Shown here piece by piece: positions 12,040-24,146 of a stretch of 34,846 nt of DNA. Numbering within the stretch: position 1 is the first letter of the stretch; every line of letters begins with the position of its first letter. A program made the translations under genes and the position numbers. Below the pieces are notes generated by a model. The model saw only the letters and a program-made list of their open reading frames with translations. It ran no database searches and was not told the origin of the DNA. This DNA is from Hydrurus foetidus (taxonomy: Eukaryota), in NCBI GenBank assembly GCA_900617105.1, contig UYFQ01000052.1:1-34846 (forward strand). The letters are read 5' to 3'.

Positions 12040-12175
12040 TCGATCTCTGAGTAGAGGGAACTCTGGAAAGTCCTCTTCACGAGGGATTTCTTACTTTCCA
12101 GCGAAGCACTGGAAGACGGCGAAAAACACGAATGAACACTAGGAAACTATAGAAGCTGGTGGGAAGTGACGTCAC

Positions 12176-12371
12176 TGTGGCCCTGAAGGAACTAGGCTAG
12201 AGGGCTAGGAGGTGATGGGTTAGGCTTACAAAGGGGTTGTTGAACTAAATATGAGCAGGGAAACATCCTACTAGGGTGCTAGGAGTCTACCTAGAAGTCT
12301 ACAGTGTGTTTGGGTATGAACCCAAACAGACGGAATGGGGTCCAAGGTCCCGAGGTCCCCAGACGGCTACA
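12176..12371 (-). repeat. 5' LTR of the Gypsy element
   Basis: Direct repeat of 5371-5566 with two substitutions (GGTGTTGGG/GGTGATGGG and TATATATG/TAAATATG). Confidence 0.95.
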
Positions 12372-13147
12372 GTGCCTCTGCTCTCCGAAACTGACTTTTG
12401 AAATACAGCTCCAATTGCTCCACGATTTCGATTCTGGATTGTCAGGTATATTTGAAGATCAGATCAATTTTCAGAAACGAAATCAGAGCTTGAGTGAATT
12501 CAAAATCAAGTGTGTCCAGGAATATCTTACCTGATGCACTCCAAACCCTCTGCTCCCCACAGCTGGAAGGAGCATTACAGCTCGGCTAGCATCCGTGTTC
12601 TACACCTACAGTAATAAACACATTTTAGAGTGGTTTTGAAGGTCAAATTTTGTTTTGGAAGGCACTATCAGTTTCTTGAGAGTACTTGTAGAGTGATTTT
12701 TCAGAGGATGCATCGTAAAATGGTCATATTTCGACCATGAGATAAAGAATTGATGAGGTTGCAGCGATGAAACTTGAGAATCATACCTGATGAGCGAGCA
12801 CTGAATGTTCCTTGCTCGTTTTGGGCACTGCTATGTCCTGTAGACGACGCTTCCTGAGAGGCATTCTACGCAAAATCGAACTTTCAGAGACACAGATTAC
12901 AGGAAATTGCTATCTTCAATTTTTCTAGTTTTAGAAATGCACGACAATCGGGTTACCTAGGATATCCAACAACATCAAAAATTTGTGAGGAGTGGTTGTG
13001 ATGAAGCCACCTTTCGAGTATAAATTCATATCGTCGATTTGGAGCCCCGCCTGCAGAGATCCATCAAAATAGTTGTACGTACATGTACGGTTCTAAATAT
13101 ACCGACCTTGGGTCGGTTATAATTCCCTATTCCCTCCACCAGGTCGA

Positions 13148-16100
13148 GGACCGTTTGCACGATCTGGGATCAGGACCCCCACCCTTCACCCAAAACAATC
13201 CCAAGTTCCGTCAAAAGTTTAGGTACATTTATCTCACCAAATTCAAGACAGTTTGCACTGGTAAATACGGAAAAAGTCGAGGAACATGCTGGAGTATTTG
13301 GCTAGAGTAAAATTTTGGAAAAAAATTGGAACTTTCAAATTTCATTTGACTTCAGGTGAAGTTATCTACCCTTGCAATGTAAGCAGTACTGCTTCTAGCC
13401 ATCTAGCCGCATTGGTCAGGCAATTTTGGTCTAGTTTCATATAGCGTGGTAGGATTGAATCGTCCTGGTTCGTAAGAAAAGTGTACCTGAAGAATCAGCT
13501 GTGCCACGCATAGTCAAGTTTGGACGACGGGTCCGCAACGATAAAGGAGAGCTCCCTCAAATAGAGGACGAGCGCGACACGAAGAAGAGGAAAATTTCCT
13601 CTTCTATCGACGATTCTATCGTCGACAATGACAGTGACGAAGATGGAAATTTAACTGACGCTACTGTTAGTAATGTCAACAACCGAGGTGACATTGATAG
13701 TTGGAGTGATGTGCATCAGCGTAATCTCATGACTCCATCAAGAGATTCAATGGTCCATGACTACGAGGGTGTTAAGATTGCTGGAGATGTTAGTGCCGAA
13801 GATGCAGGTGTTATGGCTGCGTCTGTATCTCCTGAAGAGATTGCACCGACTCTTATTGTGGACACCCTTTTCAGCAGAACTGCTCTTTACAAATTAGCTA
13901 AACCTTTTCTTGAGAAACTCGAACAAATGTTAAATATCCTCATTGGAATTGACAACTATGGATCGAGTATCTCCGGGAACAAGTGGGGACAAACCAGAAC
14001 AGACCAATTCGTAAACCACGTATTCCCTAGAGTACGGAGTATATTCAAGGTGACTGATAAAGAATCAACAGGACTGATGGACACAAGGATAGTTGATAGT
14101 GCTGTAAAGTACTTATCTTCATTACAGACTAGAGGAACAAATTTTACTGAAAATGAATACGTGAGGCAGCATATAGTAGAAGCATTGGTGATTAGTGATG
14201 TTTCGATTAGAGCAGTTGCTACGAGGTTAGGTGTCAATCGGAAAGTGCTACTATCAATCGTGCAGAAAAGAAAAATATATGACAAGATATGCGCTGCAAA
14301 GTCCAGTTCAAGTAGTACCAGTCCCCAACACGATGATGATCAAAGCCTTGAGGCCATGCAAGACAGCTTCACAGGAGGGAGAGGATCTGAGGAGCTTGGC
14401 ATGTGTTATTTGTTTGCTTCTCTTCAAATTGATCCTGATGATGACTTCTTTTTCCATGACGAATCGGAAACAAAATAATTTCAAAGAACATTTTGCAATC
14501 AAACAGAGGAAACAGAGAAAAGACTGTCCGAATTATATCGAGGTAGTAGAACATTTGCTCATTGCATATTTAGACCGGACACATTCGCGAAGAGGAAAGT
14601 AATGATAAAGAATGACGATGGTACTTATGAGTATCATTTGCCCCACATTCAAAACAATTCAATCAAAGACACTAATGATAGTTTTATGGAATCAGAATTA
14701 TACCATGATTGGCAATATCAAATCGATGGAACAAAAAAGATAATCATGAGAATGAATTGGCGATTTGACCAACAATATGCTGGAGAATATTCCACTACGC
14801 CATGTGCCCTTGCTGTAGAAATCCGTCCCAAAGGGATTGTGCAGACAGTCTTGTTATCGGTTTCTCACACCTGTTGTGCGGATTGGGTAAAATAAGGAAT
14901 AGTGAAGTTGGCAATAAGAAACAGAGCATTTCAGATTGTAATTGTGTTTACCATTCAAGACAAGAGAACAGAGATCTATGGAGGACCACAAATGATTTCA
15001 TGCTCGGTATGTTGTGCACACCAATAGAGTACACCGAATTCCAAAATCCAGAAATATCGCAATACTCTACTCAGGTAATTAAGATTGTCATCATTCTTCA
15101 TTCATATTAAATATTGTACATATCATACATTAGTTTGCAATCATATAACACATTTATTAATGTAATTAGGAACAGGAAGCAGGTGCGTGTGCAATGAAAA
15201 TAGAAAGAGACGTCGACAACAAAATGAATGCTCACTTCATGTCGGTTACAAAAGCGCAAAGGGTCCGCGGGAGAGCAGTTAAATCCGAGGTGGCTATCAA
15301 ACCAGGACGGCAAGATGGGAAGTTATTTATTTTCGAGAGAAAATGTGCATATGGTGAGTGCAATAAGTGTGGAACTAAAAAATATTTCACAGATTACAAG
15401 TGTCCTCTTGAGTGGGATGATGATCTTCAAATTAACATCAAGGAATATTAAGATCCAGAAAAAAATGATAGGGATAAAAAACAAAAAGAACTTGTTGTTG
15501 TGACTGTTACAGCAAATGAGTTAATGCAAAAGATAGCAGAAACAGTACACGCAGTTATGAAGAACTTATGGCAATCGTGGTGGGGACCTCATCAAAGGAG
15601 ATATGACTATAACACATTCACGTACGGAATGGTACGCTACAAGGCTGACTCTTCAGCTACATTGGGTATAAATCCTCAAGACAAATTGAACTGTGCTATC
15701 AGCGCACACGCCATACAGAATGTTATGATATTTTCTTTGGCCCCGCAATTCAGAGATGTCACAAACAAGTGCAATTACACTCACTCAAAAAGATTTATTC
15801 ACAACATTGGTTTCAACTTCTGGGCATATGGAAATTACTCTTTCAAACAATTACTATTTCCATTTCAAGTGTTTGGCTTGGGCTATTAAGTACCTGCAAA
15901 GAAAATTTGGTGTAGAAGCAGTAAAATATATGGTCGGTCACACGGATGGTTGTCCAGATCAGTATAAGTCAAGGTTAAATGGAATTATGGTTGGTGGATT
16001 CTGCGACAAGTTTGGACTGGAAGAATACATTCACCATTCCGCTCCAACAGCGAGTTTCAAAACAAATATGGATGCTTTCGGAAGTGACACAAAGACTTAC

Positions 16101-18374
16101 ATTGCTGATGGGGAGAGAAAAGAGAAATTCCGTTGTCCTACCGCAGAGGATGTGTACAAGCAATGCCGAGATCATATGCCTCCACCTCGAATTGTTACTG
16201 ACGCAAATCGAGAATTGGAAAAATGTGATGAAAGACATCAAGTATATCTTGTAGATGCTAAGGACGCAACTGATGAACACCGCATCGATCCAAATGTTAT
16301 CATAACTAACTCAGCAGATGAGTCATGGGATAGTACGAACTTACCTGGGATTAAAGCTTCTTATGCAATTAGAGGTTATCGCGGATGCATGAAAGGTATG
16401 TATGACATACTTGATATCTGATTTAATCATCCTTCAAATCATTCAATACATTTTGTATTTTTTCTCTTCACAATGTTTTTTCCTCGAACTTATTTTATCT
16501 TTATCACTATTTACTTTCATCATCAATAGATGATAATAAGACAGTTGTAGAGATGAGGGACCATCCTTGTTTCTGTTCAAGTTGTAGCTCCCGAAACTAC
16601 AGTGACTGCTCTCACAAGGAAACAGTCGGTCAGTGGAAAGCTACAACAATGACGTTAAAAACTATTCCAAAAGTTTATGACGTTGTCCCTGTTAGTGTTC
16701 AAAAGGTAACAAAGTTCTATTAGGGAACAATATTGCAAGGTGAGCAAACATCGATTGTTGCGATGATGTTGACAGATAAAGATACTGGTACAAAGCATTT
16801 AAAACTAGGAACGTTATCTGCACCTCCAAAGATTAATAAAAAAGAAGCCATATCGAGAGAGATAAAAATAAACAAAGTGAATTTCACAGTATCTGTACCC
16901 AAAAATGCTGCATACGTTCGCGTAAAATTATTAATTCAGCATCCAAATCTTCAAAACTGTTACTATTTACAACAAAATACCAAAGAAACTAGCGTTCATG
17001 TCATTGATCTCATTGATCCATCTACTGCAATGTATGACGACACCTCAATTAATAGACAAACGTTCGTCAAGTACAATAGAATAGAAAATGTTTTACAAAA
17101 TGATATAATACAAGTTTTATACAAGATAGAAGAAGACTCATGTATAGTCTGGTTTAATAGTCAAGTTTAATTAATACAGCATTTGGTTCCTCCTTCTTAC
17201 GTTGTGATTTATAGCCCACAATACTCTTTCGGGAACGTACGAGAATCCGTACAGACTACCCGCCAGAAAATGCCCCATCATACTGTTCATATGATCCGAA
17301 GCCATATTGTAGAGCTACAGATGTCAATGGGTCTGCACTGAATATTTTACAGCAGAGCGCGACAACTTCTGTTACTCGATGCCGATGCATCTAAAAAAGT
17401 GGGAGTCTCGTCACCTCCCTTTTTTAAGCACCAGACTTTAAATAAAATTACTCGTCGACTTTTGACAACCCCACGCTCCAAGACGTCAACCATTCTCATC
17501 AATATAAAGCTATAGAAGACGATGCATCCATACCGGATGTCAATTGTGTGATACAACATCCGCTGCTACATTGCTGTGCGGCACTTCTGCTACGTAGTCG
17601 AGATGGAACAAAAAAAATAGGACTCTGTTTGATTCTCTTTTATGCGCACCAGACTTTACAAGCGTTATTGCAGCATACTCGCTCTCACACATCAAATTAA
17701 AGATCATTCACGACCGCACGAGATCCACAACCAATAGGGCCTCTTGATTCAGATGCACCTTCTGAATGTTCACAAAATGGAGTCAGTTGTTGGAGATAGC
17801 CCCTCAATCCAACACAAGATGTCCTCCAGAAGGTTAATTCAAGAGAATGCGTTTGTTACGCACCAGATTTTCAAAGCTGAGCCTTGTCACTTCGTTTGAA
17901 ACGATGGAATCCGCTGACGATTCCTCAGTCAATTGACCATGCTCCAGTCAGCGAGGCTTTCGTCATCGGATAACAAAGCTGTAAGGATCATAAAGTAAAA
18001 TTGTTCCATCAGGATGAGAATTTAAGAATCAGCAGTTGCCGCAAAAAATCGTTGTCAGCAATCCCGACAATCTAAGTTGATCATGTATGGTGCTCATTGA
18101 AATTCTCGACTCCACCAAATAATGTAGGAATTGTCGAAGACGACCAGGAAATTGCTGGCACCTGAGCAAAGTTTGTTGGCATCAAAGCATCCGAGATCCT
18201 CTCCGACCATCAATTCATCGACATATGACGCTCCAATCGGGGAATGATATTGTGATATTGTGGACAGGCGACGCAGTTGACGATTGGTACGGTGAGTACT
18301 TTCACTGGTGGAACGCACGCGGTCTGTACATCCGGCTGGGACGGGATTGGGGATCCTGATCGTGCAAACGGTCC
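13148..18374 (+). mobile_element. Sola2-like DDD DNA transposon (degenerate), ~5.2 kb
   Basis: Perfect 17-bp inverted repeats GGACCGTTTGCACGATC (13148-13164) and GATCGTGCAAACGGTCC (18358-18374) flank a transposase pseudogene. The TSD is not clean (possibly AGGT with a 3-nt offset). Confidence 0.72.
13501..17170 (+). pseudogene. Sola2-like transposase pseudogene with introns
   Basis: ORF fragments carry CAYGECNKCG, RYKAD (putative first D), HTDGCPDQYKS, SAPTASFKTNMDAFG and RDHPCFCSSC..YSDC. These resemble the SDG..QYKN / TSHGKG..DG / R..C.C..C pattern I associate with Sola2. Introns are at ~15075-15169 and 16396-16529. There are in-frame stops (~15449, ~16721) and frameshifts. Confidence 0.7.
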
Positions 18375-18390
18375 AGGTGGTGAACATCGC

Positions 18391-18517
18391 TTATAATTTC
18401 AGTGAGGAGGGGTTAAAACGCTGTTATTCGCCCGCCCGTGAGATCGGTTAAAAATCAGGAATGGCCGGTCAGAGAAATAGGGATAAAACGGCGTTTTATA
18501 CCCCTCCGAAATTATAA
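18391..18517. repeat. ~127-bp imperfect inverted repeat (MITE-like or foldback)
   Basis: Left arm TTATAATTTC-agtga-GGAGGGGTTAAAACGCTGTT pairs with right arm AACGGCGTTTTATACCCCTCC-GAAATTATAA. Confidence 0.7.
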
Positions 18518-18563
18518 TGAACCTTTCCGGGAAGCCAAATATTTATATAACCCGTGTTGGAGC

Positions 18564-18850
18564 TGTTGGATAATGTGGAACTAGGGTGTGATTCCAGTTA
18601 GTGTATGCTTTATTACTTACATTGCGGTCAGCGGTGTAAGTATGTATGCGTCTGCCAGAACCATACAAATGATTTAGATTAGAATTGTTGAATGAGTAAT
18701 GCAAGCTTCGTGACTGCCAAATAGGGATGGAGTGCACAAGCTTAATTGACAAGTGGATACAACACAGCAATTCTATTTTACGAGTCTTGGAGAGAATCGG
18801 AGCAAGGTCGGACTACCAGCGGAACACGACAGTTACTCGGTTTTCCAACA
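18564..18850 (+). repeat. 5' LTR of the CoDi-like Copia
   Basis: Identical direct repeat of 23627-23913. Confidence 0.95.
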
Positions 18851-18880
18851 CAATTAAGCTAAAGAGCAGCATCAAGAGTG

Positions 18881-21800
18881 ATGCCGCTGAAGAAATCCAA
18901 TGATCCTAAACCAGATGCACCAGGAGGGTGTATCCTGCAAATAGGAAAACACAACAACATCGTGCGGTGGAAGGAGGAACTCGAGAATGAGGTCACCGGA
19001 CTCTATGGCAAGATGGGGATGTTCTTCACTACCGATGAGCGGTACATCATACCTTTCCCAACGGAGGCAAACTACAACCCTGCCTACATTGCACCTGTGC
19101 CACCGTTGGCAGAAGACGAAGACGATCAGGAACTTGCAGCTGGACTGCATGCTGAGGCAGTGGCCGCGCATCAAGCTGCAGTTGCAGAGTTACCTGTTGT
19201 GAGTGCAGCGGCACTTGCAAAGTTCAGAGACGCAGCGCTGGACCGACGCAGTAAGGAGATGTACAACCAGTCACTTAACGAGGAGAAGCTTTTCTCACTG
19301 CTATGGGGCAGAATGTCTACAGCATCACAGTCTGCAGTTCGACAAGATCCTGAATTCGAAACAGCACGACAAGACCTAGACGCAGTTGCGCTATGGAAGT
19401 TAATTAAGTCGAGCCATCTAACTCACGTCTATGGAGAGGATGACTCGCTTAGATCATACAACATCTACGAGCAGCTAACAAGGTATAACAACCTTAGACA
19501 GGGCGATCGTGAGTCGATAGCAGAATTCAAGACAAGGTTCGACAATCAGGTGAAAGCAAACGATGGGGTCGGAGTTGTGCCACTAGAGGAGAAGCTAAGA
19601 GCTATCGACTTTCTATGCAAACTAGACCCTAAACGGTACACACCGATGTTAACCAGTATGCGTAACAACGCAGTACAAAATCTACCATCTAGTTACCCTG
19701 TGACACTAGCAGGTGCCTTCAGGGTTGCATCTTCGTGGACCAGCAATGGCGGTTCAGGTCCTAACGGATACGAGCAACACTCAGCTTTCCTGACTGACAC
19801 AGTGTTCGTGACTAAAGCAAGAGATCCTGAGAAAGGACAGGGTGGCAAGACACCAGACGAAAAGAAATCAAAAGCGAAACCATCAGTTAAACTCACATGC
19901 TATGTATGCGGAGAAAATCACTACGCCAAAGATTGTGCGAGCCGAAAACTTCCAGCGACAGCACTTCTCGTTGCAGCCCGTGACGAAGTCGACGAGGAAG
20001 ACGACGATCAGGAAGTGGTTTACCTGACAACAGATGAGATAGTCTTGTTCTCCTCGATAACCAGGCGTCTGTAAATGTATTCAACAATTCAGAACTTCTC
20101 ACAAATATTCGGGAATCGGAGAGAGGGATTCTCCTCAGTGGCGTTCAGGCAGGCGCAACTGGAGTTAAAGTCAACAAAGTTGGTACCTTCAACGAGCTGG
20201 GAGAAGTGTATTACAGCAAGCTGGCCAACGCGAATATCCTTTCCTTTGCTGCGATGATCGACAGAGGAGCGTCAATCAAGTATGATGGGATCAGAGAATG
20301 CTTCACATTGAAATGGCCATCAAGCGAGAGGACTTACATTTTCAAGAGACTTCCTATCGCTGGGAGCGAAGGTCGTTTCTACGTCTGCGACATGGGAGCT
20401 CAGACAGAACAAATTCTCGTGTCGACGGTGTCCGAGAATATGAGACAGTTTACAAAGCGAGAAGTTGAGTCAGCTCGGAGAGCGAAAGAACTCCTCGCCA
20501 GAATGGGCTATCCGTCAGTTGATAATGCCGTGGCTATGCTGCGGACAGGTAACAACTTCGACGTTAGTGAGTATGATTTTAAAGTGGCGCACGCGATCTG
20601 GGGGAAATGCATGGCAACAGCAGCAGGGAAAACTCACCGATATCCGGTACGACCCGCCGACATCAAGATTGTTCCAACAACGGTTCAGCAGCAGCAGATC
20701 CTAGCAATTGACATTATGTTCGTCGAAAAGACCTACTCGCTGGTTGGTGTGGCCACGCCACTGGATTTGACACTAGCGTCGAGCCTCATTGATGTAGACC
20801 TCATGAAACCGAGCAGGGCAGCGACAGTCGTGAAGGAAGCACTTGTTGAGATGATCGCGGCACTGGCATCACGAAACTTTATCGTACAAACGGTTATGAG
20901 CGACGGAGAAGGAGCGATTGGAAAGCTCAAAAATCAACTCCAGATGCTTGGTATTGAAGTCGACGTCACTGGAGCAGGAGGGCATGTTGCACGTATCGAG
21001 CGCCGCATCCAGATGATCAAAGAGCGGGTCAGAGCACATATATGTGGACGTCTCCCGTTCACACTCAGCTTCCTAGGCATGTCGATGCTCATCTTGTACT
21101 GCGTTTCCCGGATAAATTATCAACCATCAGGGTCAAGGCCAGGTGGATCTAGCCCTAGGGAAATTTTTACTGGACAGAGGGCTGATGGGACTCGCGACTT
21201 TCGAGCAGCTTTCGGAGATTATGCACTATGCACCAGACCAACGACGAACAACTCAATGGAGTCGCGAGTGGAGGAGTGTATCGTCATGCTTCCTACTGGC
21301 AATCGGACAGGGTCAGTCAAGATGCTCAATCTGGCGACTATGAAGATCGTTTCTAGGGATAATTTCAAGATCCAACCGATGCCGGAATCAGTCATCCGTA
21401 CCCTAAACGGCGTGGCGTCCAAAGAGGGACGCAATTTGAACAAACAAAATGATGTGTTTACCGACATGCAATACATGCATAGCGTTGACTCGTCTAACAT
21501 GCCCACGTTCTTTCAACCCACCCTAAATCGGGCGGTGCATCATGAGGTGTCTCTACCTTCCATACCGTCCCTGATCCCTTCGGCTGCACCATCAGGTCTT
21601 TCAGACGATAATCCGTCTGAAGATTACAGACAAGAAGGCACAATCCCCACAGCCGAGGGGACGGGAAGACTACAATTCGATCTAGGCTCCGGGGATCATG
21701 CAACGGGACAAAACACCCAACCCCTCATTACAGAACCTCCCAACCCACCGTCAATATTCCACGGCGGCATCATACCATCTGTACCTGAGCCTGACTTAGA

Positions 21801-23527
21801 GGCAGCTTTAGTAACCGAATCCAAAACAGTAAAATTAACTACGTCCGCAATACAGTCGATTCTAGACATGCTAGAGAAAAAGAGAGACGGTGGGTTGATC
21901 AGCAACACAAGCAACATCAGCGTGCGACAAGCACTAATCACAAATGGGGTGGAAGCAAAGCGAGTCATTGAGAAAGAGCTCCGCCAGGTAGGACGTGGGT
22001 ACCAGTACAACCATCCAAGAAGTATCGTCCATAATACGGTCATCAATTTTTCTGAAGAGGAAGAACTTTCCCGACGGTAGATTTGAGAAATACAAGGCAC
22101 GCCTCGTAGCAGGCGGGGACCAACAGAATAAAAACCTTTACGACGACTTATCCAGTCCAACAGTGTCAACGAGTTCCGTGTTCTCGATGCTCTCAGTTAG
22201 CGCTTACGAGAGGAGATATGCTGCAGTCCTCGATGTTGGGGGAGCGTTCCTTAACGCCGACATGACAACAGGAGTCAACGTGTTCATGCGTCTGGACAAG
22301 ACGATGACCGATATACTCTCCTTTCTTGATAAACCATACAGGTCACACGCCGACAGCAAGGGCCGTGTCGTGGTTCCCCTAAAAAAGGCTTTGTATGGAT
22401 GCGTTGAGAGCGCGGCTCTCTGGTACGAGAATCTACACGACACATTGAAGTCGCTAGGTTACACAAGGAATGACAGGGACATCTGTGTGTTCAATAGGCT
22501 CAGCGAAAAGGGGGTGCAGTGCACCATTACAGTGCATGTTGATGATTTGTTAATCATGAGTAGAAGCAAGGCTATGATCGCTGAGCTATCAGAGGGACTT
22601 CGCAATAGATATGGTGAGATTACCTTGAACCATGGACCTATCCTAAACTACCTCGGAATGGTTTTAGACTTCTCATTTACAGGTGAAGCACGGGTTACAA
22701 TGAGCGGGTATGTGGACGATGTACTCACTACATCAGGAATACCGGGTGTATCCAAGACACCAGCCACAGATTGGCTGTTCACAGTGAGAGCAGAAGCCGA
22801 CCCGGCACCTGAGGTGGTCAGACAGTGGTTCCACAAAATCGTGGCAATGTTACTGTACCTTGCAAAGAGAGCTCGTCCCGACTGCCTTACTGCTGTGTCT
22901 TATCTTGCAACAAGGGTGACGAAGTGCGACACAGATGACGTCGGAAAGCTAGTGAGGCTAGTAAGGTACATACGTGGGACTAGAGAGATGGGTATGGTAC
23001 TCAGACCAGGTGCCATGGGGGTGCAAGTCAGACTGTTCGTTGATGCTTCATATGGTGTTCACGTCGATGGGCGATCGCACACTGGGAGTTGCGTAGTGAT
23101 AGGAGATGTCGGATCTGTCCACTGTAGATCCATCAAGCAGCAGATAGTGACAAAGTCGAGCACGGAGGCCGAGCTAGTGGGGCTATCTGACTCTGCGAAT
23201 CAGGCCATCCACATCCAAGATTTTCTATTTTTACAGGGATACAAGATGGGGCCTATCGTGGTGTACCAGGACAATCTATCTTGCATGGCCCTACTCGAGC
23301 GAGGACGCTCCGGTGCAGAGCGCACACGTCATATTTCCATCCGGTATTTTTGGGTAAAGGAGCGAGTAGATAATAGAGAGATGGTGATCGAGCATAAAAG
23401 AGAGATGACAAAAGAGATGTACGCCAATGTACTCACAAAACTGCTTCAAGGTGCACAGTTCCAGTACGAGAGGGAGTGCCTCACCGGGTGGCCACACCAA
23501 GAAGCAATCTCGAAGATGTTGACTTAG
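18881..23527 (+). pseudogene. Copia gag-pol polyprotein interrupted by two frameshifts (~20050 and ~21990)
   Basis: CYVCGENHYAKDC knuckle; LLDNQASVNVF protease (frame of ORF 20206); DIMFV / SDGEG / HVARIERRI integrase triad; YKARLVAGG, LKKALYG and HVDDLL (RT); FVDASY, SSTEAELVG and ANVLTK (RNase H). Confidence 0.88.
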
Positions 23528-23626
23528 TCTTCTTTGTAGTCATATGCATATGCGTGCCTGCTCTGTAGTGATATGCAAATGCGTGTGACATTGCATGCAC
23601 TCTAACTACAATCCACCTTAGGGGTG

Positions 23627-23913
23627 TGTTGGATAATGTGGAACTAGGGTGTGATTCCAGTTAGTGTATGCTTTATTACTTACATTGCGGTCAGCGGTGT
23701 AAGTATGTATGCGTCTGCCAGAACCATACAAATGATTTAGATTAGAATTGTTGAATGAGTAATGCAAGCTTCGTGACTGCCAAATAGGGATGGAGTGCAC
23801 AAGCTTAATTGACAAGTGGATACAACACAGCAATTCTATTTTACGAGTCTTGGAGAGAATCGGAGCAAGGTCGGACTACCAGCGGAACACGACAGTTACT
23901 CGGTTTTCCAACA
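23627..23913 (+). repeat. 3' LTR of the CoDi-like Copia
   Basis: Identical direct repeat of 18564-18850, followed by TSD GGAGC. Confidence 0.95.
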
Positions 23914-24146
23914 GGAGCAAGGGGTAATAAAAGGAGAGGGGGCGTTCTTCCACCCAGAGGAAGTCTCACCCAAGCTCCACCTGATTTTCAAAAAAATGAA
24001 ATACCCAAAGCGGTCAGCGGTAAGCAGTTGCCACTCTTCTAAGCCTCTGAGTCGCTGCATCTCAGCAGTTGCAACAGCCCTGATTTTGTCAGGGTCACGA
24101 CAGCAGAGCTCACAAAAGCCTTCTAGTTGTTTTTTTGATTTCTAAA

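Larger units (their letters stand above)
5371..12371 (-). mobile_element. Full-length Ty3/Gypsy LTR retrotransposon with chromodomain (chromovirus-like), ~7.0 kb
   Basis: 196-bp TG..CA LTRs at 5371-5566 and 12176-12371 (2 mismatches); 4-bp TSD GTGC (5367-5370 / 12372-12375); PPT AAGTGGGGGTAG (minus) next to the 3' LTR; domain order gag-PR-RT-RH-IN-chromo. Confidence 0.95.
18564..23913 (+). mobile_element. Ty1/Copia LTR retrotransposon, CoDi-like (stramenopile lineage), 5.35 kb
   Basis: 287-bp TGTTG..CAACA LTRs at 18564-18850 and 23627-23913 with no difference seen by eye; 5-bp TSD GGAGC; short PPT-like TAGGGGTG before the 3' LTR; domain order gag-PR-IN-RT-RH. Confidence 0.95.

Noticed and set aside
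5185..12380. Possible CAGAGG...CCTCTG MITE interrupted by the Gypsy element
   Set aside because: Only a 6-bp inverted match and no target-site duplication.
12376..13100. Non-coding stretch that may be part of another transposon
   Set aside because: No ORF, terminal repeat or partner sequence is identifiable within the window.
24010..24021. 12-mer GCGGTCAGCGGT shared between the Copia LTR and the downstream flank
   Set aside because: An isolated match with no surrounding similarity; it cannot be told apart from chance or a generic promoter motif.
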